Numbered from the stretch's first letter, positions 41,950-50,514 are shown. The stretch: 64,000 nt of DNA from Alphaproteobacteria bacterium (GCA_965237415.1 CBDEFM010000002.1:3200001-3264000); one strand, 5' to 3'. The notes: a model not told the origin generated them from the letters alone. Program-made: numbers and translations.

Positions 41950-42891
41950 ATGGCTAAGCGTGGTCCTGGCAAGGCGCACCGAGAGGGGCTGACGGTCATT
42001 GAACTGTTCAAGCTCTTTCCCGACGATGCCACCGCCGAAGTGTGGTTTGAGGCACAGCGCTGGCCGGAAGGCCGGTTCTGCCCGGACTGCGGATCGACCA
42101 ACACGGTTGAGGTCAAAAGCCGCAAGCCCATGCCCTATCGGTGCCGCGACTGCCGCCACCACTTCTCCGTCCGCAAGGGCACGGCAATGCAGTCCTCCAA
42201 GATCGGGCTGCAAAAGTGGGTCATCGCGCTCTACATGATGACCACCGGCCTCAAGGGCACATCCAGCATGAAGCTCTACCGCGAGGTCGGCATCCGGCAG
42301 GCCACGGCATGGTTTTTGATGCAGCGCATCCGGGAAGGCTTCACGGACGGCGAGAACCAGCCCTTTCCCGGCCCCGTAGAGGCCGATGAGACGTACATGG
42401 GCGGCAAGCGGAAGAACATGCCGAAAGCGAAGCGCAAGACGCTGACGGGGCGCGGAGCGGTCGGTAAGGTGGCAGTCGCAGGCGTGAAGGATCGAGCGAC
42501 CAACCGCGTCGTGGCTCGGTCAGTTCCGGCTACCGACAAGCCGACCCTTCAAGGCTTTGTTGCCCAGCATGCGGCTCCCGACGCCAAAGTGTTCACCGAC
42601 GATGCCAGCGCCTACGAAGGGCTGCCCTTCGATCACGAGGCGGTCTGTCACTCCGCCGGTGAGTATGTTCGCGGTATGGCGCACACCAACGGCATCGAGT
42701 CGTTCTGGTCGATGCTCAAGAGGGGCTATCAGGGCACCTATCACCACCTGAGCGAGAAGCACTTGGATCGCTATGTCGCGGAGTTCGCGGGTCGCCATAA
42801 TGTTCGCGAGTTTGACACGATCACGCAGATGTCCCAGCTGGCGAAGGGCATGGTCGGCAAGCGCCTCACCTATCGCGAGTTGGTCGCTTGA
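41950..42891 (+). CDS. IS1595-family transposase
   Basis: Zn finger CPDC...CRDC; VEADETY, FTD, H..V.H....YV, HTNGIESFW, Y..EF. Confidence 0.95.
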   Translation: MAKRGPGKAHREGLTVIELFKLFPDDATAEVWFEAQRWPEGRFCPDCGSTNTVEVKSRKPMPYRCRDCRHHFSVRKGTAMQSSKIGLQKWVIALYMMTTGLKGTSSMKLYREVGIRQATAWFLMQRIREGFTDGENQPFPGPVEADETYMGGKRKNMPKAKRKTLTGRGAVGKVAVAGVKDRATNRVVARSVPATDKPTLQGFVAQHAAPDAKVFTDDASAYEGLPFDHEAVCHSAGEYVRGMAHTNGIESFWSMLKRGYQGTYHHLSEKHLDRYVAEFAGRHNVREFDTITQMSQLAKGMVGKRLTYRELVA

Positions 42892-43835
42892 GCGGGGAGA
42901 CGCTTGAAACGAGAGGGTATGCTGGGACTGGTGCGCGCGGCGCCCCCTACATCAAAGCGGACACCTACACCCCTTCCCATCATGTTCGGGTCGACGATCT
43001 GGAGAGAGACCCGTTCACCGAAATCTCGCAGTGCTTGCTACTATGCGGAGACGCAAGGCAGGCCCTCTCGCTTCTCCCGGATAACTCGGTTCAGACCGTT
43101 CTGACTTCGCCACCCTATTGGTCTCTCCGAGACTACGAGGTCGAGGAACAGACTGGGAGGGACGACAATCTGGACTCCTACATTGAGAGCGTTGTCGGGA
43201 CCTTCGACGAGGTGTTCCGTGTCCTTCGGGACGACGGCACCGTTTGGCTGAATGTCGGGGATTCCTATACCTCCGGGAATCGCCGCTACCGAGCCCCTGA
43301 TCGAAAGAACCGCGCGCGAGCAATGCAAGTTCGCCCCCCGACACCTGAGGGGTTGAAGCCAAAGGATCTGATCGGCGTTCCATGGCGGTTGGCATTCGCC
43401 CTTCAGGAAGCCGGGTGGTGGCTCCGCAGCGAAGTTATTTGGCACAAGCCGAACGCGCATCCTGAATCGGTTCTGGATCGGCCGACAAAGGCGCACGAGA
43501 CGATATTCCTGCTATCGAAGGCCAAGGATTACCACTACGACATTGAAGCCGTTCGTGGCCCTAAGGGCCGTCGCCTGCGTTCCGTGTGGGATTTGCCTAC
43601 CGAGCCGGTGAAACGATCGAACGGTCGGGCCGACGACCATCCAGCGATGATGCCGCTCACACTCGCCCTGCGGTGCATCGCGATCACCGGCCGCAAGGAT
43701 GGTGTTGTGCTCGATCCTTATGCAGGTTCCGGGACCACCCTGCTGGCGGCGGCCGAACACGGATACATGTGGGTCGGAGCCGAAATCAAGCCGTCTTTCG
43801 TCGACCTGATCGAGCACCGGATAGACGACGCGTGA
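42888..43835 (+). CDS. Site-specific DNA methyltransferase, beta class (N4-C likely)
   Basis: TSPPYW.LRDY precedes DPYAGSGTT; KPKDLIGVPWRLAFALQ..GWWLRS, HP; TTG start overlaps the transposase stop. Confidence 0.92.
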   Translation: MSGETLETRGYAGTGARGAPYIKADTYTPSHHVRVDDLERDPFTEISQCLLLCGDARQALSLLPDNSVQTVLTSPPYWSLRDYEVEEQTGRDDNLDSYIESVVGTFDEVFRVLRDDGTVWLNVGDSYTSGNRRYRAPDRKNRARAMQVRPPTPEGLKPKDLIGVPWRLAFALQEAGWWLRSEVIWHKPNAHPESVLDRPTKAHETIFLLSKAKDYHYDIEAVRGPKGRRLRSVWDLPTEPVKRSNGRADDHPAMMPLTLALRCIAITGRKDGVVLDPYAGSGTTLLAAAEHGYMWVGAEIKPSFVDLIEHRIDDA

Positions 43836-44587
43836 CCCTCGAAGAACTAAAGGCGACGCTCGACTCCTTCTCCTCCGTGCAGATCGAGTTCGTGGCGAGA
43901 GTCATGGACTCCCTCGCCAACCCGCCCAGCGCTGACATCCGGCGAGCCGGAACATGGCTCACGGGGACGCCGGAATGGATGGAGTATTTTGGGCTAGCGC
44001 TGTCCGTTCATCACAGCGCGACCACCGAGCCATTGGGGTTGACGGCCTTCGAGGCCGTGTTCCGGAATGCCTGCGAGCATCTCGGCTGGCCCGTCGACCC
44101 TCCGGGATCGCGGACGCGCCGGTTCGTCGATCTGACCGTTCAGCCGGACACTGGACCGGAGCGGCGACTATCGCTGAAATCTACTGCGGCCGGCAATCTC
44201 TCACATACGTCCGTCCACATTTCCAAGCTCACCGAGGCTGCTTGGGTGCAGGACACACGCACCGCAAGAGCGAGGCAGAGTCGGACGTGGGAACTGTTCC
44301 GGGAATACCAGTCCGCCGTCAGCCATATCGTCATGCTTCGAGCGTTCCGAGAGGGGCAGGACCGTGTTCCGCGCCTCTATCAACTCGTAGAGATACCGGC
44401 CAGCATCTTCGACTCGATCCAGTCTGCCCCGCTGTCTGTATTCGAGCGCGATGCGCCGCTCATAGAGTGCGAGGTCGACGGCGAGGCGGCTGCCGTGGTT
44501 GCCATTGATCGATCCGACGCCAAAATCACCATCAGGCGGATACAGCTTGCTGCCTGTACTGTTCACGCCGAATGGAGCCGAGCATGA
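43832..44587 (+). CDS. Putative type II restriction endonuclease, SmaI-like
   Basis: GTG start overlaps the MTase stop; blocks FG..L..HH, F...F, SRT...D.T, LSLKS.A, H.SK..E, YQLVEIP, C.VH..W match R.SmaI as I recall it. Confidence 0.72.
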   Translation: MTLEELKATLDSFSSVQIEFVARVMDSLANPPSADIRRAGTWLTGTPEWMEYFGLALSVHHSATTEPLGLTAFEAVFRNACEHLGWPVDPPGSRTRRFVDLTVQPDTGPERRLSLKSTAAGNLSHTSVHISKLTEAAWVQDTRTARARQSRTWELFREYQSAVSHIVMLRAFREGQDRVPRLYQLVEIPASIFDSIQSAPLSVFERDAPLIECEVDGEAAAVVAIDRSDAKITIRRIQLAACTVHAEWSRA

Positions 44588-44748
44588 CCGAAAAGCCGAA
44601 ACCGCGTGGCCGTCCGCCAAAGGCAATCCCGAAGCTGAACGCCACGCCGGAGCGCGCAGCCCGCGCCATATTCTCCGCCGTGAAACCCGCCGACCCCACA
44701 ATCCGCGTTCAGAAGCCCCACATGCGGAAGCCGAAACCGAGGGATTGA
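44584..44748 (+). CDS. Small basic protein (54 aa) with AT-hook-like PRGRPPK
   Basis: ATGA overlap with the endonuclease stop; MTEKPKPRGRPPKAIPKLNATPERAARAIF...; below the ORF-track length cutoff. Confidence 0.6.
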   Translation: MTEKPKPRGRPPKAIPKLNATPERAARAIFSAVKPADPTIRVQKPHMRKPKPRD

Positions 44749-44752
44749 TGAG

Positions 44753-45040
44753 ATGGGGGAACGATGGATCGCCAACCCCGAGATGCCCAAGCCGTTCCCG
44801 CTGAAACTGGAGTCAATCCGCAGAGCGGCTGTGGAACGATGGGGTGATGCTCCCATTTTGGAAGATGAATCCGCCAGGGCCACAATTCTGCTGTGGGTCT
44901 ACGCTGGGTGCCCAGACGCAGCGGATGTTTGCCTCAACGTCGCAACACGCCAACCACCCGTCCCAGGACAGGGAGAGATGAATCCCGAAGCATTCATGAC
45001 CGCGCTCTTCAAGCGCGGGGTCTTTCTGCCTGCAGAATAG
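44753..45040 (+). CDS. Hypothetical IS passenger protein (95 aa)
   Basis: ATG 4 nt after the previous stop; ends 9 nt before the right TIR; no recognised motif. Confidence 0.5.
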   Translation: MGERWIANPEMPKPFPLKLESIRRAAVERWGDAPILEDESARATILLWVYAGCPDAADVCLNVATRQPPVPGQGEMNPEAFMTALFKRGVFLPAE

Positions 45041-45246
45041 CCGACGGGTTGGCTAGTTAGGCGTATAATCCCCCTTCCTTTCGGGTTCCCAGAACCATGG
45101 TGCGGTGCCCGGCGTGCGATTCCAGCGCCAGGATGGCGCCATGCAAAGCGCGAGCAAGTGGGGCATGGCATCGAGAATCGGGGTCAGCGGGCGTTCTCTG
45201 GGCGCGCGGTTGCCGCGCGTGGTTTGCGCGGCCTCTTGTCTCGCGG

Positions 45247-45286
45247 AATCCCACTTAATCCCACTTAATCCCGGCGAATCCCGCTT
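45247..45286 (+). repeat. 10-bp periodic AATCCC repeat, four copies
   Basis: aatcccactt aatcccactt aatcccggcg aatcccgctt. Confidence 0.75.
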
Positions 45287-45424
45287 CGATTTAATTTGTC
45301 GCCCAAGGTGGGACGCGGAATCGGACCGCGAGCGTGGTGAGAAATGAGGGCGACTGGCCCGTTTCCGAGGTTTCTACGCTTTCGACCCAATGCGTGTTCT
45401 TTTTTGGACCTCAGTTCCTCACTC

Positions 45425-45519
45425 CGTCATGCCCGGACTTGTTCCGGGCATCTCCGTCCGTCAACGCCGTCGGAGGTTGGACGGCCGCGTGGATGGCCGG
45501 AACGAGTCCGGCCATGACG
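45425..45519. repeat. REP-like palindromic element (two inverted units around a spacer)
   Basis: CGTCATGCCCGGACTTGTTCCGGGCATC ... GATGGCCGGAACGAGTCCGGCCATGACG. Confidence 0.85.
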
Positions 45520-45565
45520 AGGAGGGGACACCCTGCGAATGTGTAAGAATCTCTCGAACGGGACA

Positions 45566-46609
45566 CTAGGGATCGCGCCCCAGCACCGCCATCAGCTCGC
45601 GCCACTCGCGCTTGGAGAGCCCGCTGCTCGCCTGATCGACCGCTTCGCCGGCGAGCATGCGCTTGACCGCGGCGAGCCCGCCTGCGGAGAGCGACGCGGC
45701 GTCCATCGCATAGTCGCGGAAGGCTTGGTACGTCGCAGGCACCCAGCTCATGACGATCTTGTCGAGGATCACGTCGGCATAGGCGCGGATTTCGTACTGG
45801 GCGTGGGCATCGGCCCGGAGCGAGAGGAAGTGCAGGAGGTTGTGCAGGTCGATCTTCCAGTAGAACTGGGTGTAGTAGTTGACCGGCAGCGCCGCGCGCG
45901 CGAGCTCGCGGGCGAGCCCGGCACGATCCGGGTCCTTTCGATCCCCGCTGTCGTCCTCGTTGAGCAGGTTCTTGTAGACGCCATAGGCGCGGGTCGAAAT
46001 CCAATCGAGGCGAGAGAGTGCCTGCCGGGCCTCCTCGTCGGTCAGCACATCGTCCCGGCCCTGCATGTTGGAATCGGATTGCGCGGCGAGGGCCAACCGC
46101 TCACCCGCTGCCTCCGTGCTGCCGAACAGGTCGTCCATGCCGCTGCTGCTGGCCCGCTGGCGCCCGATCTGCTCCTCGTGGACCGATTGCAGGTGGTCCG
46201 CGTCCGGCACGTAGAACTCGCGGTCCAGCCGCGAGTAGCGCGCCGAATATTCGTTGACGCTGGCGGTGCGGTGGCGGAGCCACTGCCGCGCGACGAAGAT
46301 CGGCGCCTTGATGTGCAGCTTGAGCTCGCACATCTCGAAGGGCGTCGTGTGGCGGTGGCGCAGGAGATAGCGGATCAGCGCGCGGTCCTCCCGCACCTTG
46401 CGCGTGCCCGCGCCGTAGGAAACCCGCGCCGCCTGGACGATGGCCGCGTCGTCGCCCATGTAGTCGATCACGCGGACGAAGCCGTGATCGAGCACGTCGA
46501 AGCGCTCGTAGAGGATCGCCTCCATGGCCGGCACCGTGACGCGCCGGGTCTCCTGCGAGGTGGCGCGTTGGGCCTCGATCTCCGCCCGCTTGTGGTCGTC
46601 GATCGGCAT
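45566..46609 (-). CDS. thyX: FAD-dependent thymidylate synthase
   Basis: [41 protein letters not shown]. Confidence 0.96.
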   Translation of the reverse strand: MPIDDHKRAEIEAQRATSQETRRVTVPAMEAILYERFDVLDHGFVRVIDYMGDDAAIVQAARVSYGAGTRKVREDRALIRYLLRHRHTTPFEMCELKLHIKAPIFVARQWLRHRTASVNEYSARYSRLDREFYVPDADHLQSVHEEQIGRQRASSSGMDDLFGSTEAAGERLALAAQSDSNMQGRDDVLTDEEARQALSRLDWISTRAYGVYKNLLNEDDSGDRKDPDRAGLARELARAALPVNYYTQFYWKIDLHNLLHFLSLRADAHAQYEIRAYADVILDKIVMSWVPATYQAFRDYAMDAASLSAGGLAAVKRMLAGEAVDQASSGLSKREWRELMAVLGRDP

Positions 46610-46734
46610 GGTGTCGGTGATCCCCGGTGGCGCGGTTCGGCCGGCCAAGTCGGCGGTCGCGCTTCGCTCGGACGGCCGCTCGTGGCGCCCTATTGGCCGC
46701 TTCCATTTGGCGCCGCGACCTCCTATATTAGCTG

Positions 46735-47016
46735 GGTCGGCGGGAGACCGTCGACTATGGCGATAAACGCTGCTCGGAATAATCGTTGCGGACCCGGGGG
46801 CAGTACCCGGCGCCTCCACCACCCTTTGGGCCGGCGGCCCGCGTTGCGGGGGCGAACCAGGATCGACGTGCGTGGTAAAGGTGTAGTTTTCGCCCGGCAT
46901 GGTACCGCCGTTATCGGGCCAACGCAGAGGTGCGAATGACAATGAAGTCGCACTCGCTGCCTAGCATCGCTAGGTAAGCGCGGCTTGGGGGGCGCCGGGC
47001 AACAGAAGCCCCCCGC
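46735..47016 (+). ncRNA. ssrA: Circularly permuted two-piece tmRNA (ends approximate)
   Basis: Acceptor piece ends GGACCCGGGGGCAGTACCCGGCGCCTCCACCA (46821); coding piece begins GGGGGCGAA (46848); tag [10 protein letters not shown] at 46932-46964; upstream TTCCAT-17-TATATT. Confidence 0.95.
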
Positions 47017-47275
47017 TTACCGCGCATTTCTCACCAAGGCTACGGCCCGCGCCACCCGGACCATGGTCCTGGTGACATTCGGGGTGGGCCCGGCATGATC
47101 GCCAAGGCCATGGTTTGCTGCGAATGGGGCCGGTGGCTGAAAACAAAAAATCGCAAAACGAAGCCAATTTCACATAACTGGTTGTTTCACAATCAGAATC
47201 GGAGATTCGAACTGATCTCAACGTCTGGCGGAGCGGACATCTGGGCGCACCGCGCCCCCCCTGGCGCTTCCCACG

Positions 47276-47378
47276 TAACCCAAACCGCGCGCGTCCCGCG
47301 TAACCCAAACCGCGCGCGTCCCGCGAGCCTCATACCGCGCGCCTCCGGCGCGACCCAATATACCGCGCGCGTCCCGCG
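47276..47378 (+). repeat. About 25-bp tandem repeat, four copies
   Basis: TAACCCAAACCGCGCGCGTCCCGCG twice exactly, then two degenerate copies. Confidence 0.85.
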
Positions 47379-47462
47379 CGACGCAGGCCGTGACCCTGGC
47401 GAGGCATCCGGGCTAAGCTGCCTGCGGGCCAAGTTGCCGGGCGAGCGGACACGGACGCGGGA

Positions 47463-48044
47463 ATGGGCAAGGATCTGATCGGCTACAACACGATGGTGGA
47501 AAGCGGATTGCGCTCGGTGGTCCGTGAGGCGCTCCGCCGGGTCGCCGCCGAGGGCTGGCCCGGCACCCATCACGCCTACATCGCCTTCAAGACCGCTGCG
47601 CCCGGTGTCGAGTTGCCGGACTCGCTCCTCGCGCGCCACCCCGACGAGCTGACGATCGTGCTTCAGCACCAGTTCTGGGGCTTGGAGGTCGACGACGACT
47701 CCTTCGCCGTGACGCTTAGTTTCAACAAGGTCGGCCAGCGTATCGTCGTGCCCTTCGCAGCGCTTACCAGCTACGCCGACCCTTCGGTCAAGTTCGGCCT
47801 GCAATTCGGAATTCCTCCGGAGGCGCGCGGAGAGGCTCCGCCAAAGGCGCGCGGCCACAAGGTTCTGCCCGAGGCTGACGGCGCAGAGGCGGGCGGAGAA
47901 GAGGTCGCGCCGGAGGCGAGCGGAGAAGAAACTTCGCCGGAGGCGAGCGGAGAAGAAACTTCGCCGGAGGCGAGCGGAGAAGAAACCGCGCCGGAGGCGG
48001 GCGGCGAGAAGGTCGTGGCGCTCGACCGCTTTCGTAAGAAGTAG
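47463..48044 (+). CDS. sspB: ClpXP adaptor SspB (alphaproteobacterial type)
   Basis: H.YI.F.T..PGV, TIVLQHQFW, F.VTLSF, DPSVKFGLQF, C-terminal KVVALDRFRKK; next to ssrA. Confidence 0.9.
   Translation: MGKDLIGYNTMVESGLRSVVREALRRVAAEGWPGTHHAYIAFKTAAPGVELPDSLLARHPDELTIVLQHQFWGLEVDDDSFAVTLSFNKVGQRIVVPFAALTSYADPSVKFGLQFGIPPEARGEAPPKARGHKVLPEADGAEAGGEEVAPEASGEETSPEASGEETSPEASGEETAPEAGGEKVVALDRFRKK
47883..48011 (+). repeat. 27-bp coding tandem repeat (PEASGEETS) in the sspB linker
   Basis: CCGGAGGCGAGCGGAGAAGAAACTTCG: two exact copies, one near-exact, plus degenerate flanking copies. Confidence 0.9.
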
Positions 48045-48818
48045 TTACTCCTCCCATTCGAGGTTGCCGCAGACCCCGATCAGTTGCCCGGTGATGTTGC
48101 GCGCCGTGTCCTGCGCCAGGAAGAACGCGGCGTCGGCGACCTCCTCGCAGGAAATCAGCGAGCGCGTGGAGATGAAGCTGACGTAGCGCTCGTGCGCCTC
48201 CTCGACCGACTGCCCTCGCTCGCTCGCGAGATGCGTGATCAGGCGCCGCCCGCGCGGATTGTCGATGATCCCCGGCAGGATCGCGTTGCAGCGGATGCCG
48301 AAGGGGCCGAGCTCCCGCGCCAGATTCCGGGTCATGCCGTCCACCGCACACTTGGAAGTGACGTAGGCGGTCCTGAGCGGCATCCCGACCCTGGTGGATG
48401 CGGTCGAGATGTTGATGATCGCGCCCTCGCCCTTGGCCTTCATCACCGGTACGGCGCGCTTGATGCAATGGAACATGCCGTTGAGGTTGACGTCGATCAC
48501 CCGATACCAGTCGTCGTCCTCGATCTCCTCCACCGGTGCGCGCGGCCCGCTGATGCCGGCGTTGTTGACCAGCACGTCGAGGGTGCCGAGGGCCTCGAGC
48601 CCGTCCTCGAACCAGCGCGCGACTGCGTCCGCCGAGCCCACGTCCGCGATGCTGCCGGACATGCCGGGGTTGGCACCGAGCACATCCTCCAGGCTCTCGG
48701 TGGTCACGCAGCAGATATGGACGCGCGCGCCTGCGGCGTGGAAGCGCTCTGCCACGGCGCGGCCGATGCTGCGGCCGGCGCCGGTCACCATCACGGCCTG
48801 TGACGTATCGCTCGTCAT
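48045..48818 (-). CDS. SDR-family oxidoreductase
   Basis: TGAGRSIG, NNAGI, YVTSK, NAILPG. Confidence 0.9.
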   Translation of the reverse strand: MTSDTSQAVMVTGAGRSIGRAVAERFHAAGARVHICCVTTESLEDVLGANPGMSGSIADVGSADAVARWFEDGLEALGTLDVLVNNAGISGPRAPVEEIEDDDWYRVIDVNLNGMFHCIKRAVPVMKAKGEGAIINISTASTRVGMPLRTAYVTSKCAVDGMTRNLARELGPFGIRCNAILPGIIDNPRGRRLITHLASERGQSVEEAHERYVSFISTRSLISCEEVADAAFFLAQDTARNITGQLIGVCGNLEWEE

Positions 48819-49086
48819 GGCACACCCTCGGGCTTCCCTGGGATGACGGCGCGAAGATAGAGCGGTGGCCGGCGCGGGCCAAACCCCAGTCAGATGCACG
48901 CCAGCAGCAGAAGTGACAGGAGAGATGGGTGCCCGGGCCGCAGGCCCGGACGGCGCGACTGCGCCGCGCGCGGATACGCGCGTAGTGTCGCGCGTCCACG
49001 CGCGCGGAGCGCACGATCGAGCGGCGCGAGCGCCCGGCGACTGAGGGATATGGTAAAGGAGGCCCGCAACCGGAGAGGGTACGGCC

Positions 49087-50493
49087 ATGACCGACACATC
49101 GGCGGAGACCCGGCGCGAGACGGACTCGATCGGCGCGATCGACGTGCCCGCGAGCGCCTATTGGGGTGCTCAGACCCAGCGCAGCCTGCAGAACTTCAGG
49201 ATCGGCGGTGAGCGCATCCCGCCGCCGCTGATCCGGGCGCTCGGCATCGTCAAGCAGGCGGCGGCGCGGGTGAATGTCGAAGCGGGCCTGCTCGATGCCG
49301 AGGTCGGCGCGGCGATCGATACGGCTGCGGGCGAGGTCATCGCGGGCGCGCTCGACGACCACTTCCCCCTCGTCGTCTGGCAGACCGGGTCGGGCACCCA
49401 GAGCAACATGAACGCCAACGAGGTGATCGCAAACCGGGCCTGCGAGATCCTGGGTCAGCCGATGGGCCAGAAGACCCCGGTCCACCCCAACGACCACGTC
49501 AACCGGAGCCAGTCGTCCAACGACACCTTCCCGACCGCGATGCACGTCGCCGCCGTGGAGCAGTGCCATCACCTGCTGCTTCCGGCGCTCGAGCATCTGC
49601 ACCGGGCGCTTGCGGCGAAATCGGAGGCCTTCGCCGATATCGTCAAGATCGGCCGGACCCATCTCCAGGACGCGACGCCGCTCACCCTCGGCCAGGAGTT
49701 CTCCGGCTATGCGACGCAGGTGGAGTACGGCATCGAGCGCGTGCGTGCCGCGCTGCCCAGGCTTTGCGCGCTCGCCCAGGGCGGCACCGCCGTCGGCACC
49801 GGGCTCAACACCAAGGCGGGCTTCGATGCGCGCTTCGCGGCCGAAGTCGCCGCGCTCACCGGGCTTCCCTTCAGGACCGCCGAGAACAAGTTCGAGGCCA
49901 TCGCCGCCAACGACGCGGTCGTCGAGATGTCGGGCGCGCTCAACACCGTGGCTGCGAGCCTGATGAAGATCGCGAACGACATAAGGCTGCTGGCGTCGGG
50001 CCCGCGCTGCGGCCTGGGCGAGCTCGAATTGCCGGCGAACGAGCCAGGCTCCTCGATCATGCCCGGCAAGGTCAACCCGACTCAAGCGGAGGCGCTGACC
50101 ATGGTGGCCGCCCAGGTCATGGGCAATAACGTCGCGATATCGGTGGGCGGCGCCAGCGGGCACTTCGAGCTCAACGTGTTCAAGCCCGTGATGATCTACA
50201 ACCTGCTCCAGTCGATCCGGCTGATCGGCGACGGTGCCCGCAGCTTCACCGACAATTGCGCCGCAGGCATCGAGCCCAACCGCGCGCGTATCGACCAGCT
50301 CCTCCACGAATCGCTGATGCTGGTGACCGCGCTAAACCCGTATATCGGCTACGACAACGCCGCCAAGGTGGCGAAGAAGGCCCACGCCGAGGGCACGACG
50401 CTGAAGGAGGCCGCGCTTGCCCTGGGCGTGGTGAGCGATGCCGACTTCGAGCGCTGGGTCGATCCAACGAAGATGACCGGCCCGACGCCTTAG
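49087..50493 (+). CDS. fumC: Class II fumarate hydratase
   Basis: [33 protein letters not shown]. Confidence 0.97.
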   Translation: MTDTSAETRRETDSIGAIDVPASAYWGAQTQRSLQNFRIGGERIPPPLIRALGIVKQAAARVNVEAGLLDAEVGAAIDTAAGEVIAGALDDHFPLVVWQTGSGTQSNMNANEVIANRACEILGQPMGQKTPVHPNDHVNRSQSSNDTFPTAMHVAAVEQCHHLLLPALEHLHRALAAKSEAFADIVKIGRTHLQDATPLTLGQEFSGYATQVEYGIERVRAALPRLCALAQGGTAVGTGLNTKAGFDARFAAEVAALTGLPFRTAENKFEAIAANDAVVEMSGALNTVAASLMKIANDIRLLASGPRCGLGELELPANEPGSSIMPGKVNPTQAEALTMVAAQVMGNNVAISVGGASGHFELNVFKPVMIYNLLQSIRLIGDGARSFTDNCAAGIEPNRARIDQLLHESLMLVTALNPYIGYDNAAKVAKKAHAEGTTLKEAALALGVVSDADFERWVDPTKMTGPTP

Positions 50494-50514
50494 GCGTCGA
50501 GACCCGGCCTCGGC

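Larger units (their letters stand above)
41845..45073 (+). mobile_element. IS1595-family insertion sequence carrying passenger genes (3,229 bp)
   Basis: Perfect 24-bp TIRs GGGGATTATACGCCTAACTAGCCA (41845-41868; reverse complement at 45050-45073); 8-bp direct repeat CTTCCTTT at 41837-41844 and 45074-45081; IS1595 transposase inside. Confidence 0.95.

Noticed and set aside
41845-45073. Composite transposon interpretation
   Set aside because: Only one transposase and one TIR pair; the cargo lies inside a single IS
47276-47378. Possible CRISPR array
   Set aside because: Units are directly adjacent with no unique spacers, and there are no cas genes in the window
46800-47460. Prophage or genomic island integrated in tmRNA
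   Set aside because: No integrase, and I found no duplicated tmRNA 3' end in the window
47788-50307. Long antisense ORFs (839 aa here; also 25333-27330, 37940-39730, 54269-56104)
   Set aside because: Shadow frames opposite well-supported genes, expected from high-GC codon bias; no motifs
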